64,000 bases of DNA from Podarcis cretensis (taxonomy: Eukaryota): assembly GCA_951804945.1 (NCBI GenBank), contig OX638151.1:73966001-74030000 (forward strand), in the 5' to 3' direction. This document shows, piece after piece, positions 1 to 23,510 of this stretch. The first letter of the stretch is position 1. The number at the start of each line of letters is the position of its first letter. Position numbers and translations under genes: made by a program. The notes below the pieces were generated by a model that did not search any database, was not told the origin of the DNA, and saw only the letters and a program-made list of their open reading frames with translations.

Positions 1-247
1 AATCAATTAAAAATATTTTGATATACTGAAAATATCCCTTCATTAGTTGAAAATATATTTTATCTTTCCTCCCCCCCTCCTTATTTTTATACAATAGCAA
101 CTTGACAAGTACCATCTTATAAGAGGCATTCCCTCTTTGGAAAATTGTCCAAAGTTGTGGGGGAGGTCTCTATTGACATGACAAAGGGCCTTCTCTGGGA
201 CCGAGCTTGTAGAAACTTAACACATGCTTTCTATCTCCACTGTGCAG

Positions 248-395
248 CTCTATTCTGATATCTGCCCTAGGACATGTAAAAACTTCCAGTATTTGTGTTC
301 AGGGGAGAAAAAGAAGTCTATGTCTGGGCTTCCACTCACTTACCGTGATTCTATCTTTCACCGACTTGTAAAAAATGGATGGATACAAGGAGGAG
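248..395 (+). CDS. PPIL6: PPIL6 coding exon
   Basis: tgtgcag|CTC...GGA G|gtgggt; LYSDICPRTCKNF...FHRLVKNGWIQGG. Confidence 0.93.
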
Positions 396-2670
396 GTGGG
401 TATTGAAACCTGTTTATACAATAAAGACACAATGCAACTTTCCTGTCTTACTTGACATGTATAATTGCATTTGCACTCATCAGAGTGCTTTGAGATGATA
501 CAAGTATTGATGCCAATCTTCCCAATCCCGTGGCTCTCCAGGTGTCATTGGGACTACATCCTCCTTCATCCTTAACTATTGGCCATGGGGACTGGGGTGA
601 TGGGAGATGTCACAGCACCTGGAGGGTAACAAGTTGAGGAAGACTGATTTATGCATTCTCATTACAAGATAAAAAGCCTTTCTCTCCCTGCCCCCCTTAG
701 CCCTCTCTCTCAAAGGCTTGCAAACAAATCACTCTGGCAATTTGTTGCAAGTATGAGCAGGGATCCATAAATGGAGGGCTCCTACCAGTGTGGGCTTCCC
801 CATTCACTTGGACTGAGCCAGTTGCTTTGTAAACCCACTCCTTTGTATGCACAGTTTGGTCCTTCCACTGAAGATAATGGAGCCAGTGTGCATGAGAGGA
901 TTTGGGTAAGTGTGAAGAACAACGGCCAGGCATTGATTACTGCTGCTATTTCTCAGCCAAAAACCCAACTATTTGACAATATTTTAAGAGAAATTAGGGG
1001 ATTAAGTGGGAAGAGAAGATCATCATATTGAGGGTGTTGTGCAGATTTCATTGTATGGGAGCCTTTGGGACAGATAGAACCAAACCTAAAAATAGTGTCA
1101 ATTCAACACAAACTTGCATGAGTGTAGAGATCTCTGCTGAAAGCAGTCATTAATCATACTGTTTGCCACTCCTATCAGATAGTGTCATGAAATTATATTT
1201 AATAAGGTGACATTTGGAAGTTTCACGCTTTTTCTAATACAGAAAAGGTAATTTCATAACCTTAGTTTTTCTCAATTTATATACAGACATAAGGGGAGGA
1301 AGAGGGACTGGAGGCGAGTCAATTTATGGACCTTTTTTTGAAGGTAGGAGCATGTTCTTCAAATGTCCTGGTGACAACAACTAGGAGGCATAATCTATGC
1401 TGAATATATTGTCTGAATACAAAATGTACAAGCGTAATAGACAATGGGATTCAATTAAGCACAAAATGCATGTTTTTCAAATATCTGCTGGAAATTAGTT
1501 AAATTGACTGAGTGATTTTCTGCATGAGGTTTAAAGTGGCTTTTGCTTCCATCAGATGTGTAGTGCAGATGTAAAAACTACATTAACAAGAATGTCAGCT
1601 TGCATTACAAGTGCTCACTTTCTCTTCCTCACAATGATCAGATGTTTGCGTGCAGAAGATACTCAAAGGCAGCTTAAGGCTCATGTGTAAAAAGGCCTGT
1701 TGTATCTTGATTGCTGGCAATTTATCATTTTGGCAACCATATGCCTGAAAAATCCAAACTAGAATGAGTGTGAGGAAATGAATAGCTGCAAATTTAAGTG
1801 AACTTGTAGATATGCTGCTGAACAGAGTGAAACTTATTCCTGGAGAAAGTGTTTAGCAAAAGACTGAATAATATTTTTTTTATGGTCAATGCAGAAATGC
1901 TGTTAAAAGTGGCACATTCTTTCTCTGAGGGCATGTTGTGATTTTTCTTGCCCCACTCTACAACACTGGTTGCCACTGAGTGTGGAATCAGATAAACTTG
2001 CAACATAATAGAATAAGGCTTGGTACGTATTACGGGGATGCGGGAAGAAACCTAACCTGGATATTGGTTGGGACAGGTTATGCACACTATGCAGCTCTAA
2101 CTTTTACACCTAAAAAGTTCATAACTATTTCAGGTTGTTCAGTTGATAGCTTAGTGTGCACTGGGGCAAATGGGTAAGGAAGATGTAAGATGTGAATGAG
2201 TAGAAAGAACACTGCCACCATTTATAAACTGTTTCCTAGATGAAAGTTTTGCAGTTCTCCATGACAAGAGAGGTGTTCTGGGAATGGCCAACAAAGGACG
2301 CCACAGCAATGCATCTCAGTTCTACATCACACTACAGCCAGCACCCTACTTGAATGAGAAATATGTGGCTTTTGGGTATGTTTAAGAGCTCTGCAGTATA
2401 TCTCAAGAGCAATGTTGGAGTTAAAATATGGAGGAGGCAGTACTGCTTAATTGGCTAGATGCAGTATCTATATTGGTACAGCATGACAGCAGTGACTAGA
2501 CTTGAAAATAATTGGAATAGCTTCCTAGTACTTACCTAGCTTTCCCCCTCTACTTTAGACAGCTGATCGAGGGCTCAGAAGTTCTCCGGGAACTGGAAGC
2601 AGTGGAAACATTCAACGAGAGGCCAGTTGTAGAATGTAAAATTGTTAACTGTGGAGTATTTCAGCCATAG
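248..2670 (+). CDS. PPIL6: Peptidyl-prolyl cis-trans isomerase-like 6 (cyclophilin family), last four coding exons: 248-395, 1287-1343, 2240-2375, 2559-2670; 5' exons lie upstream of the window
   Basis: Spliced translation LYSDICPRTCKNFQYLC...FHRLVKNGWIQGGD...GESIYGPFFEDESFAVLHDKRGVLGMANKGRHSNASQFYITLQPAPYLNEKYVAFGQLIEGSEVLRELEAVETFNERPVVECKIVNCGVFQP*; AG/GT boundaries with matching phases; adjacent to CD164 as in other amniotes. Confidence 0.95.
1287..1343 (+). CDS. PPIL6: PPIL6 coding exon
   Basis: atacag|AC ATA...GAA G|gtagg; (D)IRGGRGTGGESIYGPFFE; 57 nt, phase 1-1. Confidence 0.93.
2240..2375 (+). CDS. PPIL6: PPIL6 coding exon
   Basis: cctag|AT GAA...TTT GG|gtatgt; (D)ESFAVLHDKRGVLGMANKGRHSNASQFYITLQPAPYLNEKYVAFG. 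Confidence 0.94.
2559..2670 (+). CDS. PPIL6: PPIL6 terminal coding exon
   Basis: ctttag|A CAG CTG...CCA TAG; QLIEGSEVLRELEAVETFNERPVVECKIVNCGVFQP*. Confidence 0.93.
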
Positions 2671-4464
2671 CCATGGATGTTAGATATATTTTGTTTTACT
2701 GTAATGCATGACAGTGTTGTTTTCTAAACATAGGATTTACTTCTGTTAATTTTTTTGAGGGGTTTAAATATAAAAGCATTTTTTCCACTTTGAAAAAAGA
2801 AAAGAAAAACGTGTGTCCTTTTCCATGCCAAATAGTTTCATTGCCAAAACAGCCTTATACTTGAGACTACAGGATCTTGGGAACCTAATGTAATGTATTA
2901 ATGTGACCACTATGCAGAGAGCTCTCTTAAGTGCACCCAGGGAGCTACATGTGTGCATCAAGACTCCAGTCTTGTTTTCTTTAAGCAGCAGCCTCCCAGT
3001 TCTGGACCATACACTGCTTGTGAAACTCTTCTCAAAAGCTAAGAGCTACGATTCCTAGTACCCTCAACAAACTACAGTTCCCAGGATTCACTGGGGTAAG
3101 CCATGCACTTTAAATGTATTTTTTTTGGGGGGGGGGGAGTAACAATTTATTGGCTAATCAGAAGGCCAGCAAATTCTGTTTAGCTTTTCCACCTTAAATT
3201 TATATGTTTCATTTCCCCTTACAATTCAGTGTTCGGGGCTGAACGTTTGACCATCCTTGTCAGAACAACTTAAAACAAAACAAAAAATACTTTTGTAACC
3301 AAAACCAACACAAAACTGGTGAAACAGTTCCATTCCGTTATAGGCTGCATGCCTAGTGAGCAACATAATCCTGCAAATTTTGAATGCAGCTTGGATCCTG
3401 CCAGAGTGTGATTGTAGCTCAGGCGGTCTGTTGCCATTCTTAATGTTTGTTTCTTATTCCCCACCCCACCCCCTTTTTTTGCCTTATTTAAATTAAACGC
3501 TTCGGAAAAACACAGGACAATAGTAATTATTCAACTGAAATAGTAAAACTGGGTGAATTGTGACATCTGACCTGTGATATGGCTAATGAATGAGGGAGCC
3601 ACTATGTATAAAGGTGAACATAGATTAAAGAAAGAATCTGCAGTAGTTAGTCCTATGATCTGTTATAGCTGACAAAAGAAACTGCTCACCATATGTTTGC
3701 TGAAGGCAACTGCCTGATTTATAGCTCAGTTAAGAGTACGGGTTTTATGCATTCTGTGGCAAAACACTTGATCAGGTTGGTCTCGTGATATCATTTGATA
3801 AAACAGAGGTCAAGATAACAGAGAGACTGAGAAACCATACTAAATGAGTGAGATATAAGGGAGTGTAGAATACTGAAAGAATAAATTGAGATTCTTAAAA
3901 CAGTGATTTCTACAGACTGCGCTGCCCAGAAAAATTATGCCAGCACACAGCAGCTTAGGCTCACCATATCTGAAGGGCATTTCATATCCGGGGGGGGGGG
4001 GGTAGCACTATCACTGCTCAGTAACGTATTTAACTCATGGTGGGTGGATAGCTATCAAGATATGAGATATGACACTGAGTCAGACCATTGGTCTATTTTC
4101 CTAGGTATTGTCTACCTGGGAGGCAGGCTTTTTTTCTCAGCTCAGCAAGCACTGAGGACAAGCCAGGGACCATACCGGGAAACTTTATGGAAAATGTGTT
4201 CTCTCCCACTGACATTTTCCCAGTCAAAATTCACCTCCCAAGCTGTTTTCTCTCTGTGTCTTTTCCCTCATAAGGAAGCAAGCAACTGGGCCAGGAAAAA
4301 TAGCTCAGTGGGAACGGAGCAGGCCTGCCTAATGGCCCTGCTGGTTTTGTACTCATGACTGCAGGTTCCTGTGACTGCTTTTCTTTTAAAATAAAATGCC
4401 AGGACAAAATTGCATACTACTCTGCATCCTGCACAGTTTGGCTAAATTTATAATGGATGCTTTA

Positions 4465-4534
4465 GTTGAGATTGCTGCATTGCAGGGGGTTGGACTAGAT
4501 GACCCTCTGGGCCCCTTACAATTCTACAATTCTA
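4465..4534 (+). mobile_element. CR1 LINE 3' end fragment
   Basis: gggggttggactagatgaccctctgggcccc followed by attctac-type short tandem tail, typical of CR1 3' termini. Confidence 0.65.
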
Positions 4535-5915
4535 ATATACTAATGCATGACTTTTCCACTGGTTGACTGCATTATATAGACAAACATACTTCGCTTGAAA
4601 TTTGGAAGTCTTCTTCACCCAGCTTCTTATACTGAGGGGATCTAGCTAGTGTTTACTGTTATGTGTCTGAGCTTCAGATTCCCACACCACCCCTCTTCTC
4701 CTCTGGCACTGCAGTGAGGAGGCTGGAAGCTTTTGTTTCTGAAAGTAATTAACTACACTACAGTTTAATCTTAGTAACTTCAATTGATCATTTATTCTAT
4801 CATGATCTCTATTTGGGATGATCTTAAACCCGCACTTATAACAATTATGTATACCCCATCCTGTTTCTTTAAGGCACAAGAAAGTTTAAATACAGTCAGA
4901 ACATGGTAAGAAAGAGACATCAATTGCACTCTGTTTCTCATTTGTATTTCACTGACATAATTTTGGGAGCCAGAGTGTCTTAGCTGGCTCATCTACAGAC
5001 TTTGAAAGAGGTTGAAAAGGCACTTTATTTTTTTACTCCAGTTGACATTTTAAGAGAGTTTTTGATGCTAAAGCTGTGTAGCTATCAGAAAGATTCATAA
5101 AATATTCTCCTAGGAAGTGACAGTGTGTCCTTTTATTCAGTAAATGGACATCCCTAAGAAAAATGGTTAAACAGTAATTGGTACTGTCTTTCTTCAGTCA
5201 GCTGAAATGAAACAGATGCATACTTAATAAGAGGCTCACTGCATATATTTTTCTGGTGCAAGCTATAATGTTCTTGGCCATTCTCCTCTTGCTTTGGCTG
5301 TGCATCCTGTGTTTGTAATGGGGATCCATTTAACAAAGAATGACAAGAATCTCTCTCATTTTCCAGTGTTTTATCACAACAGTTCTGTGGGTGAAGGCTG
5401 CATTAAATGCAGCCTTGAAGGAACAGGAGGTACAAGCGCAGCATGCTGCTTGTCACTTCACATCTCCATGTTGTCTGACAATTTTATTTATCTGGACATT
5501 TAGAACCTTCCTTTCTGTGAGAAAATCAAGTAGGTTCATTGCACAAGACCTAATAAGTTATTTCACAATCTGAATTTTCCAGTATGTGACTGAATCCCAC
5601 CTGAAAATAGTGAGTATAGAAGCACCCCAAATTTCATACTTGCACCTTGCAAAAGATTAGTAGTAGTGAGCTGTGCACAATATGTTTACTTCTCTGCTAT
5701 TACTGATACTCTCATTGAGGAATGTCAGTATTCCTGGAACACTATTTGCAAGCTGCTCCATAGGTCAATTTCCACCTAAAAAGAATAATCAGCCAGGAAA
5801 GTGGTGCTGTAACTGGAATTGACATTCTTTCTATCATCTTACAATTTTAAGTGCATACACCGCCTTTCCGTACACCGTTGTCCCTGGCCTTGTACACCCT
5901 CAGGTCACATTAATA

Positions 5916-6141
5916 CAGTGGTACCTCGGGTTAAGTACTTAATTCATTCTGGAGGTCCGTACTTAACCTGAAACTGTTCTTAACCTGAAGCACCACTTTA
6001 GCTAATGGGGCCTCCTGCTGCTGCCGCACCACCCGAGCACGATTTCTGTTCTCAACCTGAAGCAAAGTTCTTAACCTGAAGCACTATTTCTGGGTTAGCG
6101 GAGTATGTAACCTGAAGCATATGTAACCTGAGGTACCACTG
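5916..6141. mobile_element. Tc1/mariner-pogo (Tigger-like) MITE
   Basis: TIR CAGTGGTACCTC...GAGGTACCACTG flanked by TA on both sides; related copy at 39787-40012. Confidence 0.88.
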
Positions 6142-6971
6142 TATCTGGATTGAAGTTTTGCTTCAGTCACACAGAGTTCACTTAAGATGTTTTGCTGCCC
6201 TAAGCAGATGAACTGCATGGTCCCATTGGTGTGACCAGGGCTTCCTGGTAATGTCGCACAAGAACCTGGCCATCATGTGTGGCTGCCAGGAGCAGCCCAA
6301 GCCTTGTGCCTTGATATCCTCTGCATATAAGCATTGCAGTACTGTATTACAAAGCGTGCACCTACATGCAACACTGGAACATCAGAGAAACTGCTTGGTT
6401 TCTTAGTCTGCCCAGTCAGCTCTCCTGTTAAAGACTGACTTCAAGTCCTCTGGCAGTCATTATCCCTCACCCTTGGTTATTAGTCTGTTTTTAACGAGAT
6501 ATTTTACATTGTTGTGACGCGCCCTGGGACCTTGCAGCGAAGGGCAAGTAACCTAATACAAAAATAATTTTAGGCTCAGGACTTAATGCACTGTATTCAA
6601 CGTCTCTGCTTTTAGGTGATATTGTGCAGCTCGCCTGCATTTGGTGGGCAGCGGGGCTTCCGCTCATTCTACTGAGTGGAGTTTAGGCCCTGCCATCACT
6701 ACTGCCCGTCTGGTTTTTGCGGCTTGCTAAATGCAAGGTCAAGAACTACCAGTTAATAATTTCACATTGAAATTTAATCGCTTTTCTCCTATCACAAAGC
6801 TATTTTAAGTGATCCCAACTCCAAAGATCAATATTGATCTTTTAACGACACCCACGTCTACAACCCATGATCTAATTTTCGCACGAATTGAGACATCAAG
6901 TGACAAGCGAGCGGACGCCGAAGCAGCCACGCCCGCTCCGTCGGGATCTTTCCACGCCATTCGAGGTTTCG

Positions 6972-6981
6972 GTCACGTGAC
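6972..6981. promoter_or_regulatory. CLEAR/E-box motif GTCACGTGAC (TFEB/TFE3/MITF/USF type)
   Basis: Perfect palindromic CLEAR consensus ~350 bp upstream of the ATG of a lysosomal membrane protein gene. Confidence 0.7.
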
Positions 6982-7189
6982 GAGGAAGCGGCTCTTTCCC
7001 TCGAGGGCCGTTCCATTGCAGCAGGCGGGGGGGGGTGTGTGCGCTGCTTGAAGGGGTTTACGCGTCGACGAGACCATCTCTTATTACGCAGGGAGCTGAG
7101 AGAGAGAGAAAGAGAGACAGAGCGCGCGCGCGCTGGCGCTTGCCTCAATCCACGCGTCAAACGGCTCGCGCGGGCCGCCCAACGGCCGC

Positions 7190-7199
7190 GTCACATGAC
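7190..7199. promoter_or_regulatory. M-box/CLEAR variant GTCACATGAC
   Basis: Second MiT/TFE-type E-box ~130 bp upstream of CD164 ATG. Confidence 0.6.
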
Positions 7200-7326
7200 T
7201 GCAGACTTCGGCCGGCCGGGAAGCGGAGCGGGTTGCGCGAGCTGAGGGCTGAGCCGCTTTTCCCGTCGTTGTTTCTTCTTCCTTTCCTCGTGGGGCTTCC
7301 CCTCGCATACCTCGCCGAGAGACGCC

Positions 7327-20226
<12,900 letters not shown>

Positions 20227-20890
20227 AATACGTTGCTTTTAAGTGGACTTTACAAGGTCAACATTTGTGGTTAGCTGCACCAAAATATCTTTATTCCTTA
20301 TAGAAGACAGCAATTCAAAATACTCTTATTCTTCAAGACTTTTTTTAAAAAAGAAAATGTTTCTGCAACATGCTTGGAAGAAGGTTGTATGAATCATGTT
20401 TTGCTCTGCAAGAATACTTGCAATATTGTGCATGAATCCTCATTGGCTGTCTGAAATTTCTTTAGTGGCTGCTGCTGTGAAACCGTTTCTTTTATCTGAC
20501 ATGCCAAATGTAGACTTTAATTGTAACTGTATTCATTGGCAGCAGTGTTCTTGATAGATAACTTTATGATTGCAATTGATAAGTTAGCCTTAAATGCAGT
20601 GCCCCCTACATTATTATTATAATTATAATTATTATTACTATTAAAATGTGAATTTCTGGTGACTTGGCATAAAACACTATGTGTGTGAAAACTGGCTTTT
20701 TATAGTGTACTGCTAGGAGATTGGGGCAAATTTCTAGAACTACGTTTTTTTCCTTAAGGATTATGGAAGCCCATATTTTTCTATACTTGGTGTCAGAAGG
20801 ATAATTGTTTTCTAATGTAAGCATAAGCAGCCATAGGAAGAATGATAGTCAAAGAATGCTAGTTCCTTGGTGCATAAGGAAGAAAGACCA

Positions 20891-20899
20891 GTGCCTTAA
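20891..20899 (+). promoter_or_regulatory. miR-124 8mer seed match GTGCCTTAA in CD164 3' UTR
   Basis: Complement of miR-124-3p seed plus A1. Confidence 0.6.
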
Positions 20900-21651
20900 T
20901 GAGTAGGCTGCAAACTGAAACGTTTGTGCCATTTTATTTATTTGAGGTACAGTGAATGTCATTCCACTTGCAGCAATTTCATTCTAGTAGACGCATGAAC
21001 TTGGGCATTATTTATATATACTTGTCTTTATATAAGTTTTTGTGAAGACAGATGTGGAAAGAAAACAGTGTAAGCAATCTCCATATACTGTTCCTAAAGC
21101 CATGTGTCTCTAGCCTTCAAAACACTTGCCTTGGAAAGTTCTATTGAGATGCTTTACATTTCAGAGCAGTAGTTTCAGTAGACACCTTTTGTGATTGCAA
21201 TTCGTGGATATTACAAACCTACCATAATTCTGTATGGATTTGAGAGAATATTTGCTCTTATATCAATGCAGTTTCCTACCTTAGTTTCATAAAACACAGA
21301 TAGTCATGGTGGAAGTAGGCAGCCCAAGCACTTGGAGCTATGTAAGTTTTTGATAATTGTCAAAATAGACTGCTAATCCTTGTTTTGCAGGTTATATGGC
21401 AAGCATAGGTTAAATGCTAGAAATGCAAGGTTAAGTGATGCTTTTGGATTAGCTCTATTGCTTGCTTGATTTTAAGCTGCTGATAAGTCTGGGTTTATGG
21501 CTTATTGCAAAATTTTACTGCATTTTAATTGCTCAACTTCTCTAACCCTTGTAGCTAATAGTATTCACTTCAATAATGTTGCATAGAAAGTCTATTCATA
21601 ATAATACTTAGCAAACAGTACTGTAACTTTCAGGCAACTGCACTCCTAAAA

Positions 21652-21659
21652 GACAATCA
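21652..21659 (+). promoter_or_regulatory. miR-219-5p 8mer seed match GACAATCA in CD164 3' UTR
   Basis: Complement of miR-219-5p seed GAUUGUC plus A1. Confidence 0.5.
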
Positions 21660-22139
21660 GCTCAGGTGTATGAAATGGTAAATTGATCAGCCAATTTTCA
21701 GCAAGCAACACATCTGTAGTAGGTGGTATTTAATGGCCTTAAGCTATATAGTCCATTGTTTAACATAATTCCCCATCTCTTTTAGCTTCATAAATTTAGA
21801 TAAAAGATCTGAATATATTCTAAACTTTAAGCATAAATAAATGCACTTCTAAACAGTGACAGTTTAAAAAAAGCCTCTTTGCACTCTAAAGCTGTAATAA
21901 GCTTATGCCTAGTGGTGAGACTTAGAAATTATTTCTAGTTAGTGTTGCTTCCTTACTGGCTCTTGAATGGCTACGTATTGTAAACTTGTAGCAGAAGATT
22001 TCAAGACTAACAGTGCAACTTGCAGTTCCAGAATTGAAATTTGAGCCAATTTTATTACTGAGCCAAGAGTAAGTGCTGTTTAAAACACCACTAAACAGTC
22101 ATGTATTCTGTGCTGATGTTAACATTATGAATCTTTCAA

Positions 22140-22148
22140 GTGCCTTAA
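22140..22148 (+). promoter_or_regulatory. Second miR-124 8mer seed match GTGCCTTAA in CD164 3' UTR
   Basis: Identical to site at 20891. Confidence 0.6.
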
Positions 22149-22774
22149 ATTTTATTACTGTCAGCTACATGTCTGTTGAAGGAATGTGGGGAGAGGAATT
22201 TTAGTCACTAGTCTTGCCCCATTGCCAGCAATTGTTCTTTTCCAATGACTTTAGGAAATTCAGGTCTCACTGCTACTCTTCAGGAAGTCTGCATTTTCTA
22301 CTTGGTTGGGGTATAGATGTGTACCAGGTCTTTAAGACATTTCTAATATCTTCATGCAGTGGCATATTTGATTTTCTAGACCCAAGCTTTATCACTAACT
22401 TACCAAACCTTGGCTAAGACTGTGAGGGTGAGCCCTCTTACCTTCTATAGCTAGATCAGTGACAGTTGTTATTTTTCTGGTAGTGACATTAACCTGACTA
22501 CGTACAAATTAGGTAAACTAATAGATTTTCACAGCTTCTGTCTGCTTTTTGGAGTATATGCATAGGGTTTTGGTTTTTTTTAACCACCCCTGTCTGTGAA
22601 ATAGATTTTTAAGGCAGTGAATTGTGACTTCCAAGCTCTTAATACAGATTTTCCCTAAAATTTAACACCTGCAAGTATGTTGCATCTAGAATGGAATGTT
22701 ATAGACATTACTGTACTGCATATGTGTGTTGTCTTCATTGGAAGAAAATGCAAACTACTTAATCACAAAACCAA

Positions 22775-22792
22775 AATAAATCATTTATTAAA
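22775..22792. terminator. Polyadenylation signal cluster: AATAAA (+, 22775-22780), ATTAAA (+, 22787-22792), AATAAA (-, 22789-22784)
   Basis: Sequence aataaatcatttattaaa followed on + by GT/T-rich ctgtttctgttcgtctgtt; lies between convergent CD164 and CCDC162 stops. Confidence 0.65.
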
Positions 22793-23399
22793 CTGTTTCT
22801 GTTCGTCTGTTCATCTTTTTCTCCTCCCAAAAAAATCCAGCTTGTTCTGGGCCATAAAAAGCAACGTGTGTTGTACTGTACATGGCCTCTCCATTTGCCA
22901 AAGTAAATTTCAAGTGGTGTGGATTGTTGGGTGATCCAGCAGATCTCTCATTTAAAGCTCTTTGTCAAAGACAAAAATAAAATGGGAAGTATACAGATGT
23001 AGCTTTATAAAATTATTTCATAGTAAGACAAAACACAAATCAGCTACATAATTGCTTTGCAGAATTTGGTCAAAGTCATGCAAATGCACCATGGTCAGCC
23101 AGATAAGCTTGTTGCCATAAACACATAATATTGTGACAGTGCATTCCTTATATATTTGTTTGAATAAAGGCTTTCAGTTGCCTGTGCTGAATCTGCTGCT
23201 AGCTTCATCCAGTTAATAACCTCACGTCGTCAGATTTTTGGCAGTAGAGAATCTGGTGGAAAGTGGCTTATTAAAAGTTATGGATAACTATAAGCAAACA
23301 TCCCATTTTTGAGCATGACCAGAGTTCTCAAGCAAGACTGCTTTGTACTTTATCATGGAATCAAACCAGCAAGTAACTCTTCAAAGAAGCAGTAGAAGC

Positions 23400-23510
23400 T
23401 TATTTTTCAGATGTCTTCTGTCCACAAAACTGCACAGGTGACATAGAAGAGTTTTCTGTAAGAGCTGGCAAGAGAACATCTATCACGCTATTTCTCCACC
23501 CACAAGGTAC
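23400..23510 (-). CDS. CCDC162: CCDC162 terminal coding exon
   Basis: tttaaag|VPCGWRNSVIDVLLPALTENSSMSPVQFCGQKTSEK*. Confidence 0.84.
   Translation of the reverse strand, partial: VPCGWRNSVIDVLLPALTENSSMSPVQFCGQKTSEK

Noticed and set aside
2671-4400. PPIL6 poly(A) site
   Set aside because: Several candidate hexamers (ATTAAA ~3492, AATAAA ~3880 and ~4390); cannot choose from sequence alone
22788-22959. Open minus-strand frame ALNERSAG...RTETV* as alternative CCDC162 last exon
   Set aside because: Phase does not match the 23800 donor and 23400-23510 provides a better-fitting terminus; treated as 3' UTR
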